Part shown: positions 1 to 8,466 of the stretch, one piece after another
How the letters are laid out: every line of letters starts with the position of its first letter
Numbering within the stretch: position 1 is the stretch's first letter
Assembly: GCA_964493525.1 (NCBI GenBank)
Contig: CAZBOK010000001.1
Coordinates: 1 to 51,051 of the forward strand
Direction of reading: 5' to 3'
Origin: an uncultured Phycisphaeraceae bacterium
GTDB taxonomy: Bacteria; Planctomycetota; B15-G4; JADJEK01
Length of the DNA: 51,051 nt
The notes under the pieces: generated by a model
The model's input: the letters and a program-made list of their open reading frames with translations, nothing else
Database searches by the model: none
Told to the model about the DNA's origin: nothing
Program-made: the position numbers and the translations under genes

Positions 1-155
1 GAGGCAGTCGGCGAGCAGCCGCTCGACTTCGTCGCTGCCGGTCGCGTGCGGATCTCTCGTCATCGCGCTGCCCCGTGCGCCGTCCGTCGAGCGAGAACGC
101 GGATGGTAGCATCCGCGCGCACGCGGTCAGGGAGCCGGCGCGAGCACGAGGCGCG

Positions 156-767
156 ATGGACGAAGCGGGCCGCATCATCGAGAACGCTTCGCACGGCGAC
201 GCGCGCGCCATCGACGCGCTGCTCGTCCGCTACCTCCCGCAGCTCGCCGCTTACCTGCGCAGCCATGCCGGCGGCGTCGTCACCGCCAAGGAATCGCGCT
301 CCGATCTCGTGCAGTCGGTCTGCCGCGAAGTGCTGAAGCAGCTCGCGCTGGGCGGGCTCACCTTCCGCGGCGAGAGCGCGTTCAAGCATTGGTTGTTCGA
401 GGCGGCGCTGTTGAAGGTGAAGGAGCGCGCGCGGTTCTGGCGCGCCGAGAAGCGCGACCCGGTGCGCGAGCGTTCCTCCGGCGGCCCGCGCAAGACCGGT
501 TCGTCCGAGCGCTCCGCGGCGCAGGATCGCTTCCTGCTCACGCTCGTCACGCCGTCGCGCGTCGCCGACGCGAACGAGCAGCTCGACCGCGCGCGCGCCG
601 CGTTCGCGTCGCTCACCCCCGAGCAGCGCGAGGTCATCGTGCTCGCGCGCATCGAGCAGCTCCCGCACGCGCGGATCGCGGAGCGGCTCGGCAAGGACGA
701 GGCGCACTGCCGCGTCCTCCTCTCCCGCGCGCTCGCGCGGCTCGGGACGCTGCTCGCGAAACGCTGA
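156..767 (+). CDS. ECF-type RNA polymerase sigma-70 family factor
   Basis: Region-2-like 'DLVQSVCREVL..FKHWLFEAALLKVKE' and region-4 HTH 'LTPEQREVIVLARIEQLPHARIAERLGKDEAHCRVLLSRALARL'. The ATG at 156 lies inside the GTG-started ORF 75..767. No anti-sigma gene follows. Confidence 0.8.
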   Translation: MDEAGRIIENASHGDARAIDALLVRYLPQLAAYLRSHAGGVVTAKESRSDLVQSVCREVLKQLALGGLTFRGESAFKHWLFEAALLKVKERARFWRAEKRDPVRERSSGGPRKTGSSERSAAQDRFLLTLVTPSRVADANEQLDRARAAFASLTPEQREVIVLARIEQLPHARIAERLGKDEAHCRVLLSRALARLGTLLAKR

Positions 768-779
768 GCTCGAGCGACT

Positions 780-855
780 GGGTTCCTACCCGGCCCGTTG
801 TTCGCACTGCGTCACCATTCACGGAGGTAGGAACCCCCGCGGCCAACGGCCGCGG
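780..855 (+). repeat. Two perfect stem-loops: an 11-bp stem with a 35-nt loop, then an 8-bp stem with a 3-nt loop
   Basis: gggttcctacc (780-790) pairs with ggtaggaaccc (826-836). ccgcggcc (837-844) pairs with ggccgcgg (848-855). Read directly from the sequence. Confidence 0.6.
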
Positions 856-886
856 CAGCGCGCAGCGCTGCATTCAATGGTCAAGT

Positions 887-918
887 CCGAGCCTCCGCGC
901 CTTGGCGCGGAGGCTCGG
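887..918 (+). terminator. 15-bp perfect GC-rich hairpin with a TT loop; possible terminator or attenuator after the sigma gene
   Basis: ccgagcctccgcgcc (887-901), tt, ggcgcggaggctcgg (904-918), followed only by 'tt'. There is no real U-tract, so intrinsic-terminator status is uncertain. Confidence 0.35.
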
Positions 919-1008
919 TTGCACGAGATCCCCGCACATTCGGTGATCGGAGTCCGCCTCGCGCCAAGATTCCGTGTTGCGCCCGGTTCGCCGCGGTCTT
1001 TCGCGGAG

Positions 1009-2682
1009 ATGAACCCGCCCACACCGGAGTCCGTCATGCTCGCATCCGCGCGCTCGTTCCCGCGTCTCGCGCTTTTCGTCTCCTTCGTCTCGCTCGCCTC
1101 GTTCGCGCCGCTCGCAGGCGCGCAGGCGACGTTCGGGCCGACGCGCTCGATCCCGTACCCGACGCTCGGATCGATCCACTACGACCTGACCAGCGGCCGC
1201 CTGAACGGCGACTGCTACCCCGACGTCGTGGTCACGTCGCGCGGCATCGTCGAAGGGCTCGGCGTCTACCTCGGCGGACCGGACGGCCTCACCAATCCCG
1301 GCGCGTTCGTGCCGATGACGTCGACCACCAACGGCCCGACCGTGAAGTCGGCGGTGATCGTCGACCTCGACATGGACGGGATCGGCGAGATCTTCGCGCT
1401 GCAGGGCACCGACATGCGGATCGTCGACTTCGACGGCGCGACGTTCACGCCCGGTCCGTCGACGCCCGCGCCGATCCCGGCGATCAGCGAGCGCGTCCGC
1501 GCGTGCGATGTCGACGGCGACGGCGACCAGGACCTCGTCATGATCGGATGGAACGGCGGCGCCGGCGGCGGGATCGCGGTGCTGCGTTCGGATGGCCACG
1601 GCGGGCTGTCGCAGAGCTATGCGTCCCCGGGCGGCAACCCGACCAGCTTCGTGCTCGCCGACTTCGACGGCGACGGCCGCCCCGACCTCGCCACCACGCA
1701 CCCGAGCCCGCCCCGCGTCGAAGTGCGCTTGAACGCCGGCGGCGCGACGTTCGCCGCGCCGTTCGTGCTGCCGCTGCCGTTCCTCGAATGGGTCGACGAC
1801 ATCGATGCGTTCGACCAGGACCACGACGGCGACCTCGACCTCGTCATGGATTCGATCGGCGCGATGCTCACCGCATACAACATCAACGGCAGCCAGTTCC
1901 AGGTGAACAACCAGAGCTACGCGCGGTACCCCGCGTTCGTGCCGGTCACGAGCTTCGTGCGCTTCGCCGACCTCGATCGCGACGGCGACGTCGACGCCGC
2001 GATCCACAACCCGCCGACGCTCACGTCGTGGCTGTGGAACGATCCGGGCGACGCGTTCGCGACGCTCGGCCTGCCCGCGGCCGGCGTGCAGTGCCCGATC
2101 CTCGCCGTCGATCTCGATCGCAACGGCTACCTCGACCTGGTCTCCGCGGGTTACGAGGTGCAGTACCGCATGAACGTCACGGGCTCGAACCCCGCGGGCC
2201 TCGCGAAGATGGCGACGGCGGTGAACGGCGGGCCGTTCGACGCGACGAGCAAGACGTTCACGAGCGGCGACACGATCTCCTTCGGCACCGACATCGCGGG
2301 CGAGCCGTGCATGGCCGGACGTCCCGCGGCGATCATCGTCAACGGTCCGCCGTACTCGACGCAGACCGCCGTCACGCCGCTCACCAACAACTTCTTCTTC
2401 CCGAACCTCTCGATCCTCTCGCCGTGGTCGCAGCCGGCGGGCGTCGCGATCTTCTGCGGCAACTCGCTGTACGCGCTCCCGCCGATCCCCGGATTCGTCG
2501 ACGCGGGCTTCGGTCCGCTGCATCTCGGCGACGCGCCGTTCTCCGTCGTGATGCCCGCGGGGCTGCTCGGTCCCGGCGACAAGCTGCGCTTCCAGGCGAT
2601 CTACTATGACCCGATCCCGAACCAGAACGTCGTCACGCTCGGCCTCTTCGCGACGAACGCGGTCGAGCTCGTGAAGAACTGA
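1009..2682 (+). CDS. Secreted FG-GAP/VCBS-repeat protein
   Basis: Signal peptide 'MLASARSFPRLALFVSFVSLASFAPLAGAQA'. Ca-binding-loop repeats 'DVDGDGDQDLV','DFDGDGRPDL','DQDHDGDLDLV','DLDRDGDVD','DLDRNGYLDLV'. Start is ATG 1009 or 1036; the 877 ATG lies inside the hairpin region and is unlikely. Confidence 0.8.
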   Translation: MNPPTPESVMLASARSFPRLALFVSFVSLASFAPLAGAQATFGPTRSIPYPTLGSIHYDLTSGRLNGDCYPDVVVTSRGIVEGLGVYLGGPDGLTNPGAFVPMTSTTNGPTVKSAVIVDLDMDGIGEIFALQGTDMRIVDFDGATFTPGPSTPAPIPAISERVRACDVDGDGDQDLVMIGWNGGAGGGIAVLRSDGHGGLSQSYASPGGNPTSFVLADFDGDGRPDLATTHPSPPRVEVRLNAGGATFAAPFVLPLPFLEWVDDIDAFDQDHDGDLDLVMDSIGAMLTAYNINGSQFQVNNQSYARYPAFVPVTSFVRFADLDRDGDVDAAIHNPPTLTSWLWNDPGDAFATLGLPAAGVQCPILAVDLDRNGYLDLVSAGYEVQYRMNVTGSNPAGLAKMATAVNGGPFDATSKTFTSGDTISFGTDIAGEPCMAGRPAAIIVNGPPYSTQTAVTPLTNNFFFPNLSILSPWSQPAGVAIFCGNSLYALPPIPGFVDAGFGPLHLGDAPFSVVMPAGLLGPGDKLRFQAIYYDPIPNQNVVTLGLFATNAVELVKN

Positions 2683-2683
2683 C

Positions 2684-2697
2684 GACCGCGCGCGGTC
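2684..2697. terminator. 14-bp perfect palindrome between convergent stop codons
   Basis: gaccgcgcgcggtc lies between the TGA of the + gene (2680-2682) and overlaps the stop of the - gene (tca, 2696-2698). Confidence 0.25.
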
Positions 2698-5600
2698 ACG
2701 GTCTCCCGAACAGGTCGTTCGGCTGGAACGGATCGGGGTTCTGCGTCCCCGCGGTGGCGGCGGGGGCGTCGCGGCGCGTGAACAAGCGCTCCGCGATCCA
2801 CTCGCCGAGCCGCCGGTAGCTCTCCCACTGCGCTTCGTCGAAGAACTGATCCGCCGTCGTCTCCTGCGGGAAGTCGGGCGACGTCGACTGGTACTGCAGG
2901 AGGTCGATCGGCTCGTTGCCGAGCAGCGTCGGCTTCACGTAGAGCAGCCAGCCCGACGTCCCGTCCGCGTAGGACACGGTCGCGAGCGCGGCGTTCGCGA
3001 GCGAGAACTGCGCGGTGTCCGCCGCTTCGAAGCGTTGGGTCTCGACCACGCGCCCCGCGGCGTTGATCGGCTTCGCCTTCCACTGGCCGCGCTTCAACTG
3101 CTCGAGCGTCCCGATGTGCTCGCGCAGCGCCGGATGCACCGATTGATCGAGCTCGTCCGCCGCGAGGAAGTGGACCTCCGCGCCGAAGTCGAGCCGCGCC
3201 TTGCGCACGAGGTTGCCGAGCCCTTCGAACGTGGAATCGCCGTCGCACTCGGCGTCGACGACGACGATGCACTTCACGCGGCGGCGGATCAGCTCGTAGC
3301 CGCCCATGTTCTCGAAGTGTCCGCCGTCGGAGAGGTACCAGCGATCCCACGCGGTGCCGGGGAAGCGCGCGACGAACTCGCTCAAGAGGTAGGTCTGCAG
3401 CGGGAAGAAGCGGCGCATCAGCGTCGGCGGCGGATCGTCGGGCGGCTGCGGCTTCGACGGGTCGCGCGGGTCCCACCAGTATCCGAGCCGCACGTTGGCG
3501 AGGCCGCAGAGGAGGCTGAGCCCGAGGTTCGTGCGCGCGCCGAGTCCCGTCGAGAACGCCGCGCCCGAGACGGCGAGCCAACTGCCGAGCGGCAGGTCCG
3601 CGTGCGGCGCGGACCGCGCGCCCTCGAACACGCGGAACTGCCCCGGCGGCGGGAACACGACCGGCGCCGCGCCGGTGAGGAGATGGTGGCGCACGCCGAC
3701 GCTCAACGCTTCGGGCCCGATCGCGAGCCCGGTGCCGCGGCGATCCTGCTGCTGCACCTGATCGCGGCCGTGCACGGTCTCGTTGATCGTGACGTTGATG
3801 AAGTGCAGCGGCCCGCCGCTCCGCTCCGGGTGGTAGCGGTCGATCTCGAGATCGTCGTCCTTCGTCACCTCGGTCACCGGGACGTCGTCGCGCCAACGCG
3901 CCGGGTTCGACGCGCCGAGGTACGCGCGCGTGAGGCGCGCCCCGTAGAACTGGAACTGCGACGAGTCGTTCAGGAACGCCCACCAGCGGCGGAACGCGAG
4001 CGACAGCGCCAGGCAGAGCGCGATGCCCGCGCCGAGCGCGCCGCACGCGCCGAAGCCGAGCGCGGCGCCGTCGCGCGGCACCCACGTCGCGCCGTCCTCC
4101 CGCGCGAGAGTCGGCTCCGGAGCGGTGAGCGTCTCCTTCGCGGCGACGCGCGGGTCGTCCGCATGCAGCAGGACGTGCGCGTCGATCGTCGCCGCTCCGC
4201 CGGTGCTGACCTCGACGCGCGCGTCGATCGGCCGCACCGCCGCGGCGTGCACTCCGGGCGGCGCCTCGAACCGGTACGCGATCGCGTACGAGAGCAGGCT
4301 CACCGCCGCGAGCACGATGAACGTGATCGCGAGCGCGCCCGCGGTGCTCGCCGCGCCGACCCAACGGTTCGGGCGCTTGCCCTCCGGCTTCCCGTTGATC
4401 ACCGTCGCGATCGTGCGACCGAAACCGGCGACTCCCACGAGCGCGGCGCCGACCGCGGCACCCCACGACTTCAGCGCCGCCGCCGCCGAGCCGTGCGCGT
4501 GGATCGCGGCGTAGAACGAAGCGCCGGCCGTGTCGACCAACCCGTAACCGAGCAGGACGGCGACCACGATCAATGCGTCGCGCAGTCCGCGCGAGAGCTG
4601 GTTGCGCCGCGCGCGCTCCGCGTCGACCGCGCCGCTCGTTCCCGCCACGACCTGATGGTGGATCACCACCGACGCGATGACGACCGTGAGCACCGACGCC
4701 GCCCACCAGACGCCGGTCTCCGCGCCGATGCCGAAGAACAGGACGATGCCGGACGCGAGGCCGAAGAGGAACAGCGGCCACGCGCGATAGAAGAACGCGG
4801 CGCCGAACGGGATCGCCGCCACGACGGTGACGACCGCGGCGATCAGCCACCACGGGCTGGTGCGCAGCGGCTCGGTGAGCTTCGAGTCGAGCCACGTCAC
4901 GAACGTCGGGCTGAGCGGCGCGGCGAGGAGGTACAGCGCGCGTGCGACCGCGTGCAGCGCGAGGAACAAGAGCAGCGTGAACACGACGAGGACGACGTGG
5001 ATCGCGGCCCAGTTGCGCAACAGCGCGCCGCCGGCGAGGAGCAGGTCGCCCGACCCGTTCGGCGCGAGGTAGCGGCCGTTCTCGCGCAACTGGCGCAGCA
5101 CCGCCGGTCCGTTGCCGGCGCCGGCGAGCGCGTCCTCGACGCTCGCCGCGCTGCCGAACTCGGGCCGCGTGAACATCCGGCCGAAGAACGAGCCGAAGTA
5201 CCCGCCGCCGGAGACGGTCGACAACAGGTCGATCTTGCGCAGGAGGCGGAGGCGCGCGATCGCCTGGAACACGCCGAGCGCGAACGTCGCGCTGCGGATG
5301 CCGCCGCCCGACAGCGCGAACCCGAGCGTCTCGCGCGTCTCGCCCGCTCGCTCGGACTGCGCGTCGCGCCGCCGCGCCGCCACGAGATCGCGTTCGCGCT
5401 GCGCGAGCGGCGTCGGGTACGAGCCGTCGTCGTCCTGCGGACGCTGGTCGCGCGCGCGTCGCGCCGCCGCGGCGGCCGCGCTGGTCGCGCCGAGGAACGC
5501 GTCGACCACGCGGCCCGGGCTCACGATCGTGCGCGCGGTGAACCCGAGCCAGCCCGCGCCGATCAGCGGGAACGCGAGCGGCAGAAACGGACGCTCCCCG

Positions 5601-6184
5601 ATGGTCGCGAACCCGACGCACGCGGCGGCGGTGCACAGGAGGCCGAGCGCGCGATCGGTGCGCGAGCGGCTGCCGACGAAGACGAACGCGCCGGCGAGCA
5701 CGGCGCCGAAGAAGCACCGCCACTTCCAGACCGCGGCGGCGGCGATCGAGTCCACGCTCAGGTCGGACGCGAGCGCTCCGGAGCGGACGGCGGCGAGCGC
5801 CGCGCGGATCGCGCCGTTCTCGCGGAAGTCGAAGTACGCCGCGGCGACGCCGAGCGCGGCGCTCGCGACCGCGGCGGCGCGCGCACCGCCGCGACCGGTC
5901 GTCCAGCCGAGCGCCGCGATCGCGACGAACAGCGCCGCGTAGTTCAGGATGAACCACGTGTCGTGATCGAGCTGCTGCTCCGGGGAGGTCGGGTTCGCGC
6001 TCGCGACCGCGCGGAACTCCGCGGCGTCGTCGGGCAGCTCGAGGACGAGCATCCCGAACGGCTCATCCTGAACTCCGCGAACGACCGGCATCCGGACCGC
6101 GAGGCTGACGAGCGACATCACGAGGACCGCGATCACTCCGACGATCGCGGTCGTGCGCATCCGCGCCGCCGCGCCGGCCGGCAT
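2696..6184 (-). CDS. Large polytopic membrane patatin/cPLA2-like phospholipase (1162 aa)
   Basis: Oxyanion motif 'FALSGGGIRSATF', nucleophile elbow 'STVSGGGYFGS', catalytic Asp motif 'YLSDGGHFENMGG'. Many hydrophobic helices lie N-terminal to and between the motifs. ATG at 6184 is chosen because the upstream part of ORF 2696..6769 overlaps the NUDIX and ADH genes and is Arg-rich junk. Confidence 0.8.
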   Translation of the reverse strand: MPAGAAARMRTTAIVGVIAVLVMSLVSLAVRMPVVRGVQDEPFGMLVLELPDDAAEFRAVASANPTSPEQQLDHDTWFILNYAALFVAIAALGWTTGRGGARAAAVASAALGVAAAYFDFRENGAIRAALAAVRSGALASDLSVDSIAAAAVWKWRCFFGAVLAGAFVFVGSRSRTDRALGLLCTAAACVGFATIGERPFLPLAFPLIGAGWLGFTARTIVSPGRVVDAFLGATSAAAAAARRARDQRPQDDDGSYPTPLAQRERDLVAARRRDAQSERAGETRETLGFALSGGGIRSATFALGVFQAIARLRLLRKIDLLSTVSGGGYFGSFFGRMFTRPEFGSAASVEDALAGAGNGPAVLRQLRENGRYLAPNGSGDLLLAGGALLRNWAAIHVVLVVFTLLLFLALHAVARALYLLAAPLSPTFVTWLDSKLTEPLRTSPWWLIAAVVTVVAAIPFGAAFFYRAWPLFLFGLASGIVLFFGIGAETGVWWAASVLTVVIASVVIHHQVVAGTSGAVDAERARRNQLSRGLRDALIVVAVLLGYGLVDTAGASFYAAIHAHGSAAAALKSWGAAVGAALVGVAGFGRTIATVINGKPEGKRPNRWVGAASTAGALAITFIVLAAVSLLSYAIAYRFEAPPGVHAAAVRPIDARVEVSTGGAATIDAHVLLHADDPRVAAKETLTAPEPTLAREDGATWVPRDGAALGFGACGALGAGIALCLALSLAFRRWWAFLNDSSQFQFYGARLTRAYLGASNPARWRDDVPVTEVTKDDDLEIDRYHPERSGGPLHFINVTINETVHGRDQVQQQDRRGTGLAIGPEALSVGVRHHLLTGAAPVVFPPPGQFRVFEGARSAPHADLPLGSWLAVSGAAFSTGLGARTNLGLSLLCGLANVRLGYWWDPRDPSKPQPPDDPPPTLMRRFFPLQTYLLSEFVARFPGTAWDRWYLSDGGHFENMGGYELIRRRVKCIVVVDAECDGDSTFEGLGNLVRKARLDFGAEVHFLAADELDQSVHPALREHIGTLEQLKRGQWKAKPINAAGRVVETQRFEAADTAQFSLANAALATVSYADGTSGWLLYVKPTLLGNEPIDLLQYQSTSPDFPQETTADQFFDEAQWESYRRLGEWIAERLFTRRDAPAATAGTQNPDPFQPNDLFGRP

Positions 6185-6327
6185 CTGCTCGCGTTGACGA
6201 AGGACGGCTTCCACGCTCCACCTCCCGCAGCGTTTCCCTGGGAGCGCGCGCCAGACTAGCGACGCCGTCTTCCGCCGTCCGTCCGGTCGCGCTGTGCATC
6301 TGTCGATACCCCGGCGACGCGCGCCGC

Positions 6328-6699
6328 GTGCTCGTCGAGCACGGGCACGATCCCGCCACGGATCGGCGCTTCCTGCGGTTGATCGGCGGCGGCATCGAGT
6401 TCGGCGAGCGCGCCGAGGACGCCGGGCGACGCGAGTGGATGGAGGAGCTGGGCGCCGAGCTCGCGGACGTTCGACTGCTCGACGTGCTCGAGGACTTCCT
6501 CGAGCACGCGGGCAGGGTGGGACACGAGATCGTGTTCCTGTTCGAAGCGTCGCTCGCGAACTTCGATCGCTTTGCCCGGGACGAAATCGAGCTCGTGGAG
6601 GCGGACGGCTCGCGTCACGTCGCGAGCTGGGTGTCGATCGACGCGCTTTCGGACGGACCGCTCCCGTTCGTGCCGAAAGCGGCCGCGCGTTGGCTGTGA
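6328..6699 (+). CDS. NUDIX hydrolase (5' end uncertain)
   Basis: Nudix box 'GGGIEFGERAEDAGRREWMEELG' (Gx5Ex7REuxEExG). GTG 6328 is the first ATG/GTG/TTG after the in-frame stop at 6106-6108, but Nudix-like sequence continues upstream of it. Confidence 0.7.
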   Translation: MLVEHGHDPATDRRFLRLIGGGIEFGERAEDAGRREWMEELGAELADVRLLDVLEDFLEHAGRVGHEIVFLFEASLANFDRFARDEIELVEADGSRHVASWVSIDALSDGPLPFVPKAAARWL

Positions 6700-6713
6700 G
6701 CGTGCGTGCGCGA

Positions 6714-7733
6714 TCAACCCATCGTGAGGACGACGCGGAAGCGTGCTTTGCCGGAGAGCATCCGGTCATAGGCCTCCGCGACGCGCTCGAGCGGGAACGA
6801 CTCGTTCATCGATCGCACGCCCGACTGCACGCAGAACGCGAGGGTGTCCTGCGCGTCGATCGACGTGCCCGAGTACCAGCCCTCGACGGTCCGATGCCCG
6901 CCGATCAGGAACGCGGGCGACACCGAGAACGGACCCGCCGCGCCGAGCACGAGGAACTTGCCGTTCGGACCGAGGCCGAGCAGCGTCGCCTGCATCGCGT
7001 CGGCCGCGGTCACCGTCGCGAGGATGACGCGCGCGCCGCCCTGCTTCATCAGCTCCGCCGCGGGATCGACCGCCTGGCTGTCGAGGTAGAGCGACGCGCC
7101 GAGCTTCCGCGCGAGCGGCTCCTTGTCCGCGCCGCGCGCGATCGCGACGGTGCGGAAGCCCATCTTCGCGGCGAACTGCACGCCGAGATGGCCGAGCCCG
7201 CCGAGGCCGAGCACGGCGACGAGATCTCCCGCGCGCGCGCCCGAGTGGCGCAGCGCGTTGAACGTGGTGAGTCCGGCGCAGAGGAGCGGCGCCGCTTCGA
7301 CGCCGGCGAGCGCGGCCGGCACGCGCGCGATCGCCGACGCCGGCGCGACCATGAACTCGGCGTACCCGCCGTCGCTCGTGATCCCGGTGATCTCCGTCGA
7401 CGTGCGGCACGCGAAGAACTCGCCGCGCCGGCACGTGTCGCAATGACCGCAGTATCCGCCGTTCCATCCGACGCCGACGCGGTCGCCGGGCGCGAATCCC
7501 ACGACGCCGGCGCCAAGCGCGTCGATCGTCCCGACCACCTCGTGACCCGGCACCCGCGGGAATCGGATGCCGGGGAAGAGTCCGTCCTTCGTGTGCGCGT
7601 CGCTGTGGCAGATGCCGCACGCCTGCACGCGGATGCGCACCGTGCCCGATCGCGGCTCGGGGATCGGGCGCTCGACCAGCTCGAACGCCGCCTTCGGAGC
7701 GGGGACCTGTGCGACACGCATGGTGACGGGCAT
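6714..7733 (-). CDS. Zn-dependent alcohol dehydrogenase (MDR family)
   Basis: 'ACGICHSDAH','PGHEVVGTIDALGAGV', structural-Zn Cys cluster 'GYCGHCDTCRRGEFFAC', NAD fold 'VAVLGLGGLGHLGVQFA'. RBS GAGAGGA lies upstream of ATG 7733. Confidence 0.9.
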   Translation of the reverse strand: MPVTMRVAQVPAPKAAFELVERPIPEPRSGTVRIRVQACGICHSDAHTKDGLFPGIRFPRVPGHEVVGTIDALGAGVVGFAPGDRVGVGWNGGYCGHCDTCRRGEFFACRTSTEITGITSDGGYAEFMVAPASAIARVPAALAGVEAAPLLCAGLTTFNALRHSGARAGDLVAVLGLGGLGHLGVQFAAKMGFRTVAIARGADKEPLARKLGASLYLDSQAVDPAAELMKQGGARVILATVTAADAMQATLLGLGPNGKFLVLGAAGPFSVSPAFLIGGHRTVEGWYSGTSIDAQDTLAFCVQSGVRSMNESFPLERVAEAYDRMLSGKARFRVVLTMG

Positions 7734-7926
7734 CGGCGGATCCTCTCGCGGCCGCGACCGGTTCGTTCGGGTCGCGGCGAAGAACTTACCGCGCGGGGAA
7801 CGGCGCGCGAGATTCGCGACAGCGGTGACGGAGTTCGAGTCCGGTTCTTGCGATTCGCCTCGCGGCCGGAAGACTTGGCGGCGCTGCTGGACGCGCGGCC
7901 CCCGATCCGCGCCCGTGAGGACCCCG

Positions 7927-8466
7927 ATGACGACGACGACCGCGCGGCCGGACCGCACCGAGGCCGCGGACTACTACTTCACCTACATCGACCAGGTCGG
8001 CGGCGGCGACGTCCTCGATCTGCTCGATCGGCAATCGAGCGAAGCGATCGCGGTGCTGAACGGCATCTCCGAGGACCGCTCGCGCTTCCGCTACGCGCCG
8101 GAGAAATGGAGCCTCCGGCAGCTCATGAGCCACGTGAACGACGGCGAGCGGCTCTTCGTCTTCCGCGCGTTCTGGTTCGCGCGCGGGTTCGACTCTCCGC
8201 TGCCGAGCTTCGACCAGGACGTCGCCGTCGCGAACACCGGCGCCGAGGATCGGTCGTGGCGGAGCCACGTCGAGGAGTTCCGCGCGGTGCGCGCCGCTTC
8301 GCTGTCGTTCTTCCGCGGACTTCCGGCCGGCGCGTGGATGCGGCGCGGCGTCGCGAGCGACAACCCGTTCACGGTGCGCGCGCTCGCGTTCATCACGGTC
8401 GGCCACGTGACGCACCACATGCGGATCATCCGGGAGCGATATCTCCCGGCGCTCGCGAAGTCGTGA
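7927..8466 (+). CDS. DinB-family (DinB_2-like) protein
   Basis: Four-helix DinB-like pattern with His residues ('LRQLMSHVNDGERLF','ITVGHVTHHMRII'). ATG at 7927. Confidence 0.75.
   Translation: MTTTTARPDRTEAADYYFTYIDQVGGGDVLDLLDRQSSEAIAVLNGISEDRSRFRYAPEKWSLRQLMSHVNDGERLFVFRAFWFARGFDSPLPSFDQDVAVANTGAEDRSWRSHVEEFRAVRAASLSFFRGLPAGAWMRRGVASDNPFTVRALAFITVGHVTHHMRIIRERYLPALAKS

Noticed and set aside
830-860. GGAAC at 830-834 as a possible ECF-type -35 element downstream of the first sigma gene.
   Set aside because: No CGT-type -10 lies at the expected 16-17-nt spacing, and the pentamer is part of the 11-bp hairpin arm.
874-2523. 549-aa ORF antisense to the VCBS gene. Similar long shadow ORFs are 11062..13053 (-), 14237..16237 (-), 16560..18113 (-), 19097..21679 (-), 21618..24560 (-), 28552..30993 (-), 31714..33978 (-), 33758..35686 (-), 37037..38290 (+) and 41469..43013 (+).
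   Set aside because: All are Arg/Asp/Glu/His-rich shadow frames of genes with strong motif support on the other strand or frame. None has a recognisable domain.
3035-6259. 1074-aa ORF on the + strand antisense to the patatin-like gene. The same applies to 2604..5957 (-, 1117 aa) in another frame.
   Set aside because: The products are extremely Arg/Ala/Asp/Glu/Pro-rich and low-complexity with no motifs. Long open antisense or shifted frames are expected at ~70 % GC. The patatin frame has clear catalytic motifs and TM helices.
6185-6769. N-terminal 195-codon extension of the patatin ORF (track ORF 2696..6769).
   Set aside because: The extension is Arg/Pro-rich and overlaps the NUDIX gene and the 3' end of the ADH gene. 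ATG 6184 immediately precedes the first TM helix.
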